Source: Candidatus Hermodarchaeota archaeon (GTDB taxonomy: Archaea; Asgardarchaeota; Heimdallarchaeia; Hodarchaeales; Hodarchaeaceae). Taken from it: a stretch of 32,000 bases of DNA. Shown in pieces: positions 9,777-19,432 of the stretch. The stretch lies in contig JBHLKY010000010.1 in the NCBI GenBank assembly GCA_048886185.1, positions 168,526 through 200,525 of the forward strand, written 5' to 3'. A model generated the notes under the pieces. It was given only the letters and a program-made list of their open reading frames with translations. It did not search any database and was not told the origin of the DNA. A program made the position numbers and the translations under genes. Numbering within the stretch: position 1 is the stretch's first letter; every line of letters begins with the position of its first letter.

Positions 9777-10091
9777 CTAAAAGCCTTTTCCATAAAATTT
9801 CTTAAGATTAAAATGGAGATTGATAATAGATTGGTCGGGTAATTAAATGATCATTCAATCATAAAAGTTCTGGTTATCAGTTAATAATTCTTTTCTGACT
9901 AATTGCCATTCCACTCCCTTCTTGCCGAAGCAGTTCTGAATATACAGATAGTCTCTATTGATTCCCTCAAAATGATCTTTTGTGTTAGTTATGATTATAG
10001 GATATTCAATTGATTTTCCTTCATTTGCAGAATAAGATACCTTTTCGATTAGTCTCAAGTTTGAAGGTAATGGATTGAGAAACCGGAACAT
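9777..10091 (-). pseudogene. Small hypothetical protein with two in-frame stops
   Basis: The track ORF ends at TGA 9855, but the frame continues FYD*MII*LPDQSIINLHFNLKKFYGKGF to TAG 9777. This completes a recalled pattern (G.S.E..I.I...GI..EY.Y...FG..G..W....L....YD...I.L.D....F.I..FYGK); family name unknown to me. Confidence 0.6.
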
Positions 10092-10278
10092 AATTATTTT
10101 CCTTTTCAACTCTTCTCAGTGCATGATAGCTATAACCTAATAATCCAAGAATTAGATTAACTATAAGTCAATTCCTTTTCGGATAATAACAATTTGGTTC
10201 AAGTATCTCCAAAACAATTCATTAATTGGGAATATTTTATAATTAGAAAAATAATCTAATATGAGCAGGAGATAACAA

Positions 10279-13200
10279 TTGTTTGCCAGAAAGAACTCTT
10301 TTTTTGGGTGTAATCTTAATCTAGCAACACTTCATAGTGAAATAACGCAATTACAATCAAAATTAATTGCTGTATTTTTACTAGGTCTTTTTAGCTTCTC
10401 TATTTTCTCTCTTTTCTTTAATGATGTTGCCTTAGAAGAAAAAGAACTAAACTACCAAAATTTATTTTCTTTCAGTAATAGAAAAAAGTTACTAACTTCT
10501 CATATTCTGCCATCTGAAACATTATCAAATCCTGATAAACAATCCAATTCAAGCATGCGTCAAGATTATCTCATTGACATTGATAAAATGAAAAAAGTCC
10601 AAATAGAAAAGTTGGATAAGAATGAAAATCGAATTACTGATGATTTAGAGAAAAAAATAACAAAAAGATCTTGTAAAGGCAATCGAATCTCAGTAATAGT
10701 TTCTACAAAGACTAATGAGTTTCAAGACACAGTATTACTTTTTGAAAACTTCGGAGGGGTAGTCCAATACATTTGGGATCAACCTGAAAATACTGTCTAT
10801 GGTTTTAGCGGAGAGATAGATATTTCGAGGTTAAAAGCATTTTCTGAGCAAGTAAAATCAAGTATAGAATTAATAGAAGAAGATTTACCAGCCATAAGAA
10901 ATTCTGATGTAGCTACCCATCTTGCAATGATAAGAACACACGTATGGGATAATTTGAATTATACAGGCGATCCTAATATGGCAATAGCAGTTCTAGATAC
11001 TGGTATTGATGATTCACACTTAGCTTTTTCACCTGGATATGAAGATCAGAATTGGAGTAAAAAGATAGTTGGGTGGTATGATGCAACTGAAGATGGATCA
11101 ACGACACCAGAGGATTATGTTGGACATGGGTCTCATGTTTCTGGGATAGTTGCTGCAAATGAATATAATAATAGCTATGACAACGGAAGGATTGCTACTA
11201 CTTGGAGTTATAGTTACAATCCAGGAGGAATTGCTTCAGGTGCATTTACGTATGTTATTTGGGTAAATAGAACAGGTACAATAGATATAAGCTATGTTTG
11301 GCGGGGAACACTATCTGCAGAAGGTACAGAACTCAAATTATATGCTCCAAACGGCACATTGGTAGCAAATGACACCTCTGGTAACTCGAATATGACTTTA
11401 AGTCATACTGTCTCATCATCGGAAGATTTCGGTTATTGGGAAGTCGGGCTTGGCGTAAGTTGTGGAGTCAGTGGAGGAATGCTAGATTTAGCAGGTGTAA
11501 ATAAATATCCATATCCTGATCCTAAGGATGATCATAGCCGTTTTGCAGGTGTGGCACCAGATGTGAAGCTTGTGGGAGTTAAAATATTCGATCAGACTGG
11601 TTTTGGTACATCAGATGATGTAATCGAAGCATTTAACTGGATTAAAAGTAATAAAGCTACTTACCATATAGCTATTGCATCTGGATCCTTTGGTTTTTCT
11701 GAAACAGTTGTTTCTGTTGATTCTGCAGCAGCAGCTTTAGTGAATTCAGGAGTTACAGTAGTTCTTTCGGCAGGTAATGACGGCCAAGGAAAAAATTCAA
11801 TTTTCAGTCCAGGACAGGTTAATGGAGTAATTACTGTAGCAGCATTAGATGATTATGATAGAATAACAGCATATTCTTCAGAAGGCCCTGGAGAGATGTC
11901 AAATACTTCGAAACCTGACATCGTTGCTCCTGGAGGTGAAAGAACTCAAGGTGCTATACTTCAAGTTGATAGTAATGATGCAGATTCAAAAAATCATACT
12001 TGGAGCGATAAAATTTCAAATGATTTCACTAATATTCAAGGGACATCAATGGCTTGCCCATTTGTTTCTGGGTCATTAGCCTTATTAATACAAGCTATGG
12101 GAGGATATGATTATTGGAAGAACAGTTATGGTTCAGCGACTAATCCGTTTAAAGTAAAGCAATTGCTTCTCATGACTGGAAATGAAATATATCTAGATAA
12201 TAGAGGGAGAAAAGATGTTGTGGAGGGGTATGGAAGGCTGAATATTTATGCAGCCATTGAAGCAATCGAAAATACATATGAAATTGGGACAAAAGTAAGT
12301 GGTACATTATCCCAAGAAATTGGAAAACGTAAAGTTTGGGCACAAAATGTAACTTTAACTGCAGGGATAAACTATACATTGGCGTTAATCGTTCCTAATG
12401 GTGCAGATTTTGATCTATTTATATATGAACCAGATCCAAATCAATTTGGTGAGCCAATATTAGCTGCAAGATCAGCAAACTTTGAATTTGGAGCAGATGA
12501 ATATATTACTTACACTCCAAACACAAGTGGAATATATTACTTAGTGATAAAGACATCATTTACAAATAAGGGTTCAGGTACCTTCTACTTGACATCAACA
12601 TCAGGAAGTGGTTTTCCAGTTGCTTCCTTTGTGTCTCCAATTGAAAATGAGAAGCTAACAGGACAATATAGAATTCTGATTGATGCAGAAGATTCGGATC
12701 TAAGAGCAGTTTATTGTAAAATTGCAGATGATTCTTGGATAAATACTACTTTTACAGGAACATATTATGAGTATGAGTATAATACTACTGCTTTACCTGA
12801 CGGTAATATCTCCTTTGTAGCAAAAGTAGTGGATTCTCAAGGACATATAACATTTACTTCAATAAGTAATACTTATACAGATAATTTCAATCAACCAATA
12901 CTATTAGTTGATGATGATATAGGAGAGATTCATGAGAAATATTACGAGAGAACATTAAAAAGATTATCACTCTATGAAGGTATAGGGTTCGACTATTACT
13001 CCGTTCAAACTTCAGGAAGTCCATCAGCGAATAAATTGAAAGAATATCAGCTTGTTATTTGGTTCACTTCTAATGACTCCTCAACAACACTAACAACAAT
13101 TGATCAAAGTAACCTTCAGTCTTACCTTGATAATGGGGGATATTTATGGATTTCTGGGCAAGATATTGGTTATGACATTAATACAACATCATTCTATGGT

Positions 13201-14829
13201 AATTATCTCCATGCAGTTCATCAAGCACGTAGTGTGACAGATAATAGATACATTTCAGGAGTAAGTGGCGAAATTTTTGAAGGAAAAAGGTATTTTATAG
13301 GAGCTGGAGCAGGAAGTGGCCAATATGACTATCCGAGTGATATTGATGCGAATACTGGAGCAGCAGTAATATTGAACTATTATGATAATTCTAGCTATGG
13401 TGCTGCAATAAAATATAACGGAACACACAAAGTAATATATTGTGCATTCAATTGGGAGGCAATGGATGACGAAATTGACAGAATGGATAGTTTGAATAGA
13501 TCAATAAACTGGTTTGCTCTTGATGAAAGACCAACAAGTGTTTTAATTAGTAGTCCAACAAATGGAACGACAACTAATAGAAATCCAACTTTTTCGTGGA
13601 TTGGAATTGATGATTATGGAATAGAAAAGTATGCTATATTTCGAGAGGGAATCTACCTCACAACAACATCAGAAACAAGTATAACATTAAATGATCAACC
13701 AGAAGGATGGCATAGTTATAAAATTGTGGCTTTTGATGAGAAAAATCAAAGTAATACTTATAGACTAACCCTCTTTATAGACAGGACACCACCATTAGTT
13801 TGTATGGTTTCTCCCCTCAATATCACCTATTCATTATTATCTGTTCCGATTTATGCCACCAATCTAAGTACAGTTCACAAAGCATGGTATCGTTATATGA
13901 GCGGCTTTTGGTCAATAAACTATTCGATGATATATGATTCAAATAATGCTAGATGGGAAGCAGAAACACCTACATGGGGCGATGGAGGTTACTTAATACA
14001 AGTCTTTTTCAATGATAGTGTAGGAAATGAAGCTTTTAGGCAGGAATGGTTCAGTATTGATACAACTGGCCCAACGGTGACCATTATTAGTCCAAGTAAC
14101 ACAACATACAAAACTACTCTAATAATAATTCTTGCTACAAACTCCACAATCGTTCATAAGGCCTGGTACAGGTATCGAAGCCTTTCTTGGTCGTCCAATT
14201 ATTCTCTGAATTATAATCCTAGCGCGGGAAGATGGGAAAACCTAGGTATAACATTGATTGATGGCAATTACCGAATTCAGATTTATTTCAATGATAGTGT
14301 AGGGAATGAAGCTTTTAGCGAAGAATATTTCAGTGTAGATACCACTGCTCCTATCGTGATTCTTAATTCACCTAATAATACAACTTATATTCAAAATAGT
14401 GTCATGTTGGACTATTTTGTTTCTGATGGTGTTGTTACTATTTATCTTGATGGAATAGCCAATACAACAGCAATTTCCAGTGGATCGTCGCTCTCCAACC
14501 TATCTGTAGGGAGTCATAATATTACCATTATTGCTATAGATACTGTGGGTCATATTGCTAGAGCTTCCATTATATTAACAGTGGAAAGTTTTATTCCTCC
14601 TACAACTACTACAACAATTCCTATCACTATTAGTCCAACAACTCCTCCTGCAACCCAAACCCTACCGATTTCCAGTTTTACACCTTTCTCTTCTCTTACA
14701 CCTACTACTGAAACAGAATTTGCAGCTGAACGAGGTTCAGGGTTCTTATTAATAGAAGTTCTTATCGTAGTGGTCTTAATAGGCATTTCAATAAAGAAAT
14801 CGAGATTATGGAGTAAGAAAGACAGATAA
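10279..14829 (+). CDS. Large membrane-anchored subtilisin-like serine protease (peptidase S8)
   Basis: IAVLDTGID (Asp), GHGSHVSGI (His), SAGNDG (oxyanion Asn), QGTSMACP (Ser); N-terminal hydrophobic helix and propeptide; PPC/Ig-like domains; T/P/S linker, TM, basic tail. TTG start has AGGAG 8 nt upstream. Confidence 0.95.
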   Translation: MFARKNSFFGCNLNLATLHSEITQLQSKLIAVFLLGLFSFSIFSLFFNDVALEEKELNYQNLFSFSNRKKLLTSHILPSETLSNPDKQSNSSMRQDYLIDIDKMKKVQIEKLDKNENRITDDLEKKITKRSCKGNRISVIVSTKTNEFQDTVLLFENFGGVVQYIWDQPENTVYGFSGEIDISRLKAFSEQVKSSIELIEEDLPAIRNSDVATHLAMIRTHVWDNLNYTGDPNMAIAVLDTGIDDSHLAFSPGYEDQNWSKKIVGWYDATEDGSTTPEDYVGHGSHVSGIVAANEYNNSYDNGRIATTWSYSYNPGGIASGAFTYVIWVNRTGTIDISYVWRGTLSAEGTELKLYAPNGTLVANDTSGNSNMTLSHTVSSSEDFGYWEVGLGVSCGVSGGMLDLAGVNKYPYPDPKDDHSRFAGVAPDVKLVGVKIFDQTGFGTSDDVIEAFNWIKSNKATYHIAIASGSFGFSETVVSVDSAAAALVNSGVTVVLSAGNDGQGKNSIFSPGQVNGVITVAALDDYDRITAYSSEGPGEMSNTSKPDIVAPGGERTQGAILQVDSNDADSKNHTWSDKISNDFTNIQGTSMACPFVSGSLALLIQAMGGYDYWKNSYGSATNPFKVKQLLLMTGNEIYLDNRGRKDVVEGYGRLNIYAAIEAIENTYEIGTKVSGTLSQEIGKRKVWAQNVTLTAGINYTLALIVPNGADFDLFIYEPDPNQFGEPILAARSANFEFGADEYITYTPNTSGIYYLVIKTSFTNKGSGTFYLTSTSGSGFPVASFVSPIENEKLTGQYRILIDAEDSDLRAVYCKIADDSWINTTFTGTYYEYEYNTTALPDGNISFVAKVVDSQGHITFTSISNTYTDNFNQPILLVDDDIGEIHEKYYERTLKRLSLYEGIGFDYYSVQTSGSPSANKLKEYQLVIWFTSNDSSTTLTTIDQSNLQSYLDNGGYLWISGQDIGYDINTTSFYGNYLHAVHQARSVTDNRYISGVSGEIFEGKRYFIGAGAGSGQYDYPSDIDANTGAAVILNYYDNSSYGAAIKYNGTHKVIYCAFNWEAMDDEIDRMDSLNRSINWFALDERPTSVLISSPTNGTTTNRNPTFSWIGIDDYGIEKYAIFREGIYLTTTSETSITLNDQPEGWHSYKIVAFDEKNQSNTYRLTLFIDRTPPLVCMVSPLNITYSLLSVPIYATNLSTVHKAWYRYMSGFWSINYSMIYDSNNARWEAETPTWGDGGYLIQVFFNDSVGNEAFRQEWFSIDTTGPTVTIISPSNTTYKTTLIIILATNSTIVHKAWYRYRSLSWSSNYSLNYNPSAGRWENLGITLIDGNYRIQIYFNDSVGNEAFSEEYFSVDTTAPIVILNSPNNTTYIQNSVMLDYFVSDGVVTIYLDGIANTTAISSGSSLSNLSVGSHNITIIAIDTVGHIARASIILTVESFIPPTTTTTIPITISPTTPPATQTLPISSFTPFSSLTPTTETEFAAERGSGFLLIEVLIVVVLIGISIKKSRLWSKKDR
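13780..14337 (+). repeat. Tandem 279-nt (93-aa) Ig-like domain repeat within the S8 gene
   Basis: D(R/T)T(P/G)P starts at 13780 and 14059, with a third DTTAP at 14338; TTCAATGATAGTGTAGG(A/G)AATGAAGCTTTT recurs at 14008 and 14287. Confidence 0.9.
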
Positions 14830-16011
14830 TCGTTAATTTAGAATATTATCCGATAATCTTATTTTGGTTAAAAACTGCTTGTTACTTGAGTGTATGTGGA
14901 AGGTCCAGAAAAAGCCACTAGAATACTTTTCCGAAGAATTCTGTGAGATTAGAATATAAACTGATTATAAATTGATCAGAATGTTGAGTTGTTACTCGAT
15001 CACAAATAATCTATTTCTCATTCAGCAATTCTTGTTTGATTAATTCCCTTTCCACTCCCCTTCTATCAAATCTACTTCAAAAAAGTATGGGGCCTGTCGA
15101 CTGACTTCCGTTAGCAGTTCGAATATTGTGGTTGTTATACACAAAAAACTCATTTCGGTTATTAAGCTGACTATCTGTTCTGTGGTTTAAGTTTGACCAC
15201 TTGAATTCACAAAAAAGCGAAACATCAATTTTTGTTATCTTCTTACATTTCAATCCAATGAATGCCATCTATACTATAATTTTAAGATACAATTTAATCT
15301 TGTCACTTTATCCACTAAAACAAGGGAATTCTCAAATTTTTAGACCAATAACATTCCATTCAGAAATCTTGACATCTTCTAAACACAACTGAAATTCGTA
15401 TGTTTAACTGATATTTGTATTAATAGCTGATCTAAGAGGTTATAAATATACAATCTAAGACAAATTTCCTCTGAAACAATCATCGAATTAATAATTCAAA
15501 GATTTTCGTTCTAAAAATCTCTGTATATTATTAATTGACTCCCGATAGTAAATACAAAATAAAGGAAATCCAACCTTTATCCTCTCATCATAGGCTTATT
15601 TTCCCACATCTCATCGTAATTCAGACATTATATTCTTATAAAAACTCTTGGAGGAATATATTTTAAATATCATAAGAATAAAGGTGATAGAATACCAAAA
15701 GCCTTAAATAGTTGAATTCTGAAAATATATCTTGAAAACAAGCATGAATAATTATATTAAAATGAGTTTACACAAGAGATCATTCTAATGATGATGTAGT
15801 AGAACTAGAAAAAAACATCATTGCTATTCCCTTCAACATGAAATTAAGAGAAACAATCTAAGAGGTATAGGAACTCAAAGTATTCGTCTTTATATGTGTT
15901 GGGAACAGTATTAGAGATATTTGAGCTCATGAATGCTCTTTTATTTCATTCTATTATCTTATCTCATGAATTGAGTGATCTATATCTTTTATATATCAAA
16001 GGAGCTTATTT

Positions 16012-16539
16012 ATGTTTTCTGTCAAAGAAACTATTCAAGATTTTTCATCTTTTAATTATTGGGATATTAATGTCGAATTCCAAATTAATAATCGATCTCA
16101 CATTTTTAATATGCATAGCATTGATCAGGTGTTTATGGGAGAGGATATTTCATTAAAAAGAGCCATAGACCAAAAAATAACATTAAGATGTTTTATAGAT
16201 ATTGGTGAAGTATATATTGAAAATTTTAACATGGTTGGGAGTGTATCGCTAACATGGCTGCCCAAAGAAAATGAATGTTATATAGGGACTATTTGGATTG
16301 AACCAGAATTTCGTGGAAATGGACTTGCTACATATATCTTGAATGAGATAATCAGGTTTGCTGATGAAGAAGGAATTGTTTTAGCTCTTCATGCTATGCC
16401 CTTTATTAATCCTCAAAGAAAACCAACTGATAAAGAGATTTCTAGGTTAAAAGCCTATTATCGTGGATTCGGATTTAAAGAAAACTCTAAAACAAAAGGA
16501 ACAGGTTTTGACTGTTCAATGGAACGCTTACCGAATTAA
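16012..16539 (+). CDS. GNAT-family N-acetyltransferase
   Basis: IGTIWIEPEFRGNGLATYILNEI acetyl-CoA motif A; YYRGFGF. Confidence 0.85.
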   Translation: MFSVKETIQDFSSFNYWDINVEFQINNRSHIFNMHSIDQVFMGEDISLKRAIDQKITLRCFIDIGEVYIENFNMVGSVSLTWLPKENECYIGTIWIEPEFRGNGLATYILNEIIRFADEEGIVLALHAMPFINPQRKPTDKEISRLKAYYRGFGFKENSKTKGTGFDCSMERLPN

Positions 16540-16866
16540 GCACCATTATCCAAATGAAAAGTATTCCTTAAGCATATCTCAATATAAAAAATATTGCGAA
16601 AAGCACTTTATTTCTTTCTTCTAGCCCTTAATATCACGAAAAGTGTTAAGATTAGTATTGAGCTCAGGATGAATCCTGATGTATTAGTTGAGCTATTGTA
16701 GTGAGTGAAATAGTTAAAGAACTAATAAAGAACATGTCGTTGAATTAAAAACTAACATAGTCTCTGGAGTATGTATTCTCTTTTATTTTTCCAAGATCGC
16801 ACAAAAAAAGAAACACACTCTAAAAAAAATTGTGTTCCCCCAATTTTAGTAAAAAATCCTTAACAA

Positions 16867-17295
16867 TTACTTTAAGAGGAGGTGGAGTAATAATCCAAGA
16901 GTTAGAAACATCCAAGTATTAGCTATTAGCTTGAAGAATGGAAATGGTGTCTTTGTTAAAAACACTAACAAGTCTAAAACGAAAGAAAACACAAGGACTC
17001 CTAGAACAAAAGCTAATCCTGGTTCAAATCCCAAAATACTCTCTTGAAGAAGAACCTGTTTATATCCCCAAGTAAAAATAGGGCCAATTATTAATCCTGA
17101 CCCAATCACTATGAGGATCGGCATAAGGTACTTCATGAGAAGCATAAACATTTTAGAATTGATGAATTCATCATCAGGATCCTCTTGCTGCATATTCTGT
17201 ACTAGGGGTTCTGCAATAAAGAATAAACCTCCAGCTAGACCGATTCCAAATAGTATTCCAGTTATAATTGATTGAAAATTCCATATTAATATCAT
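16867..17295 (-). CDS. Hypothetical membrane protein
   Basis: 142 aa with about 4 TM segments; GGAG upstream of the ATG. Confidence 0.7.
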   Translation of the reverse strand: MILIWNFQSIITGILFGIGLAGGLFFIAEPLVQNMQQEDPDDEFINSKMFMLLMKYLMPILIVIGSGLIIGPIFTWGYKQVLLQESILGFEPGLAFVLGVLVFSFVLDLLVFLTKTPFPFFKLIANTWMFLTLGLLLHLLLK

Positions 17296-17465
17296 TTAAT
17301 CATCTCCGTATGTTAAAAGCATGATAGTTTAATAGTAATTAATAAAAGAAGTTTTGGCAAATTCTTATTGCAAAAATAGGGAAAGTTCTAAGAACAAAAT
17401 ATCAAAACTTGCATTCTTTTCTTCATTATCAAATAATCTACAAACTCTATATAGGATTAGATGAC

Positions 17466-18431
17466 ATGGATAGCCTTGATAAGCTCATTTTGCAAGTACT
17501 TTCAAATAATTGCAGAATATCATACTCCGAACTGGCACGAAAGGCCAAAGTCTCCCCTAATACAATTAAAAACCGCATCCAAAATTTGATCAATCAAAAA
17601 ATCATATTAGGATTTACTATCCAATTCAATCCAGCTCTTTTGAAGTTTAGTACAGCAATTATCTCCTTTCAATTTTCAAATCAAATTTCAGAGGAAACAA
17701 TTAATCGGATTGGTAATTATTCATTAGTTTCTGCGGTCGGTGTGTCCTTAAATTCTGGTTTTGTAGTAGCTTTGTATCAAAGTAATGAAGAATTGGCCCA
17801 GTTTAGTGATCACTTGCATTCTCTTGGTAATTTAACTGATCTCGAAATCTTACCTATCCTATTACCATTAACAGTTGATACAACTAAACCGAAGGATAGA
17901 CTTGAGAGTTTACAACCAATTGATTGGTTACTTCTTTATCACCTACGTGTGAACGGGAGGATGTCATTAAGTAAATTAGCAAAAAAAACCCATCTTAGTG
18001 TTAAAACAATCAAAAAAAGACTAAATTCACTGAATAAACGAAAAATGATTCATACAACTATTTTAATGAATCCTGGAGCGATTTCAAAAGGATTAATGGT
18101 AATTTTCGTCTTAGAACTTCCCAAAATTACTAGAGAAGTTCGACATTCAATAGAAAAGATGATTCGCAATGTCCACGAGGATAATTTTTGGGTTTCGTGG
18201 CAGGTGGTTGATAGACCTATAATCCTGATTGGTTTCCAAGTTGCAAATGTTCATGAAGTAAAAATAATTCAAGAGGATATTTTAAAACTTATACCAGAAT
18301 GTGTAATGAGAAAACATATGATTGGCGGAGACATGAAGTATTTTCCTGATGTTACTGATCAATTGCTTGAAGATAAAAGAAATCAAGGATGGTTTTCATC
18401 AGAACTTTGGGAACGAGAGTTAAATTCCTAA
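17466..18431 (+). CDS. Tandem (double) Lrp/AsnC-family regulator
   Basis: Two HTH_AsnC signatures (LDKLILQVLSNNCRISYSELARK...; IDWLLLYHLRVNGRMSLSKLAKK...); start set at MDSLD. Confidence 0.88.
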   Translation: MDSLDKLILQVLSNNCRISYSELARKAKVSPNTIKNRIQNLINQKIILGFTIQFNPALLKFSTAIISFQFSNQISEETINRIGNYSLVSAVGVSLNSGFVVALYQSNEELAQFSDHLHSLGNLTDLEILPILLPLTVDTTKPKDRLESLQPIDWLLLYHLRVNGRMSLSKLAKKTHLSVKTIKKRLNSLNKRKMIHTTILMNPGAISKGLMVIFVLELPKITREVRHSIEKMIRNVHEDNFWVSWQVVDRPIILIGFQVANVHEVKIIQEDILKLIPECVMRKHMIGGDMKYFPDVTDQLLEDKRNQGWFSSELWERELNS

Positions 18432-18704
18432 CTTGGATGATTAGAGGATGGAGATCTATAAATATTCAAAAAAAATTGGTTTAATTAAAGAAAGGAACCA
18501 CAATGGCAGTAAAAGAAGAATAGAGAGACATTACTAATCCCAGACAAGCTGGATGCGAAAAAAATTGATCCATTAGGAATTTCGATATAGAATAGGTCTA
18601 GAATTGAAGGAAATAAATTTGTTAAATTTAGTAGGATTCTAGGGTTAGTTCAAAATATTACGAGAATTTCAATCTAGAAGATTAGATTGCATATTCTTGA
18701 GTAA

Positions 18705-19040
18705 TTAGTCAATATCATATTTTGAAGCTAGTTTCACGATAAGGAATATAACAAACGCTATTATGACGAATGTAATCAATTCTCCAAGAAAATGGCCTAT
18801 TAGAAAGTCAGCATTGCCAATTGAAAAAACAATCTCATTCCAAGGGACATCCGATCCCGGAATGAATTCAAAAATAGGCATAATAAGATCATTCACTAAT
18901 GCCTGAACAAGGGCACCTAAATAAATACCCATAATGAAAGCTACCGCCAATCCCAAAACTTTATAATTCTTGAGAAATTCTTTAAATTCTCCTAAAAGAT
19001 TTTTTGGTTTTTCTTTTTTTTCTTCAGACTCACTTGTCAT
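18705..19040 (-). CDS. mscL: Large-conductance mechanosensitive channel
   Basis: EFKEFLKNYKVLGLAVAFIMG...LVNDLIMP, GHFLGELITFVIIAFVIFLIVK; GAGGTGA RBS. Confidence 0.93.
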   Translation of the reverse strand: MTSESEEKKEKPKNLLGEFKEFLKNYKVLGLAVAFIMGIYLGALVQALVNDLIMPIFEFIPGSDVPWNEIVFSIGNADFLIGHFLGELITFVIIAFVIFLIVKLASKYDID

Positions 19041-19432
19041 TTTATCACCTCAAATAAACAGAATAAGTAGTAATTATTAAATTATATTAAATTTTCTAAC
19101 TTCTTAGGAGGATACAATAATTTAATAATCTTTGAATTACAGCAAAAAGAATCAGAATTGTTCTTTTACTAACTTAATGGCAATAAGAGGAAGATGAGTA
19201 TGTAATTCTTATGATGAGCTAGAATTCAAAGATTTTACAGAAGACCTTCTGAAGCTTAGATTCCCCTTTTCATTGGATAAATGTTGAAACTGGCTAACAG
19301 AGTGCGTTGACGAAGATATGGGCTGTTTACCTCATATTATATATTATCAGCATGAATTTCATACATCAAGAACATATAAAATAATATTTTTGCATTCATG
19401 AGTCACTCGCTGAAAATAGATAGGAATGAAAA

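Noticed and set aside
7562-10091. Idea of stop-codon reassignment or Sec/Pyl read-through
   Set aside because: All three stop types interrupt the remnants, and all three terminate intact genes in this window; no tRNA-Sec/Pyl or SECIS-like element was seen.
8654-14786. Track ORFs 8654-8836, 10973-11158, 12170-12379, 14550-14786
   Set aside because: Fully nested in the UroD-family or S8 genes in alternative frames or strands; no independent support.
15000-16011. Short ORFs (15077-15268, 15201-15392, 15896-16156) and a VYTRD...IIAIPF fragment near 15765-15835 reminiscent of a DUF4143 C-terminus
   Set aside because: Stop-riddled, mutually overlapping and too short to assign; probably decayed DNA.
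16664-16679. TCAGGAT-GA-ATCCTGA inverted repeat
   Set aside because: Isolated, not positioned at an evident promoter, no second copy.
19210-19370. Frame fragment SYDELEFKDFTEDLLKL resembling an Mrr-like nuclease start
   Set aside because: No start codon or catalytic motif, and it is interrupted by a stop.
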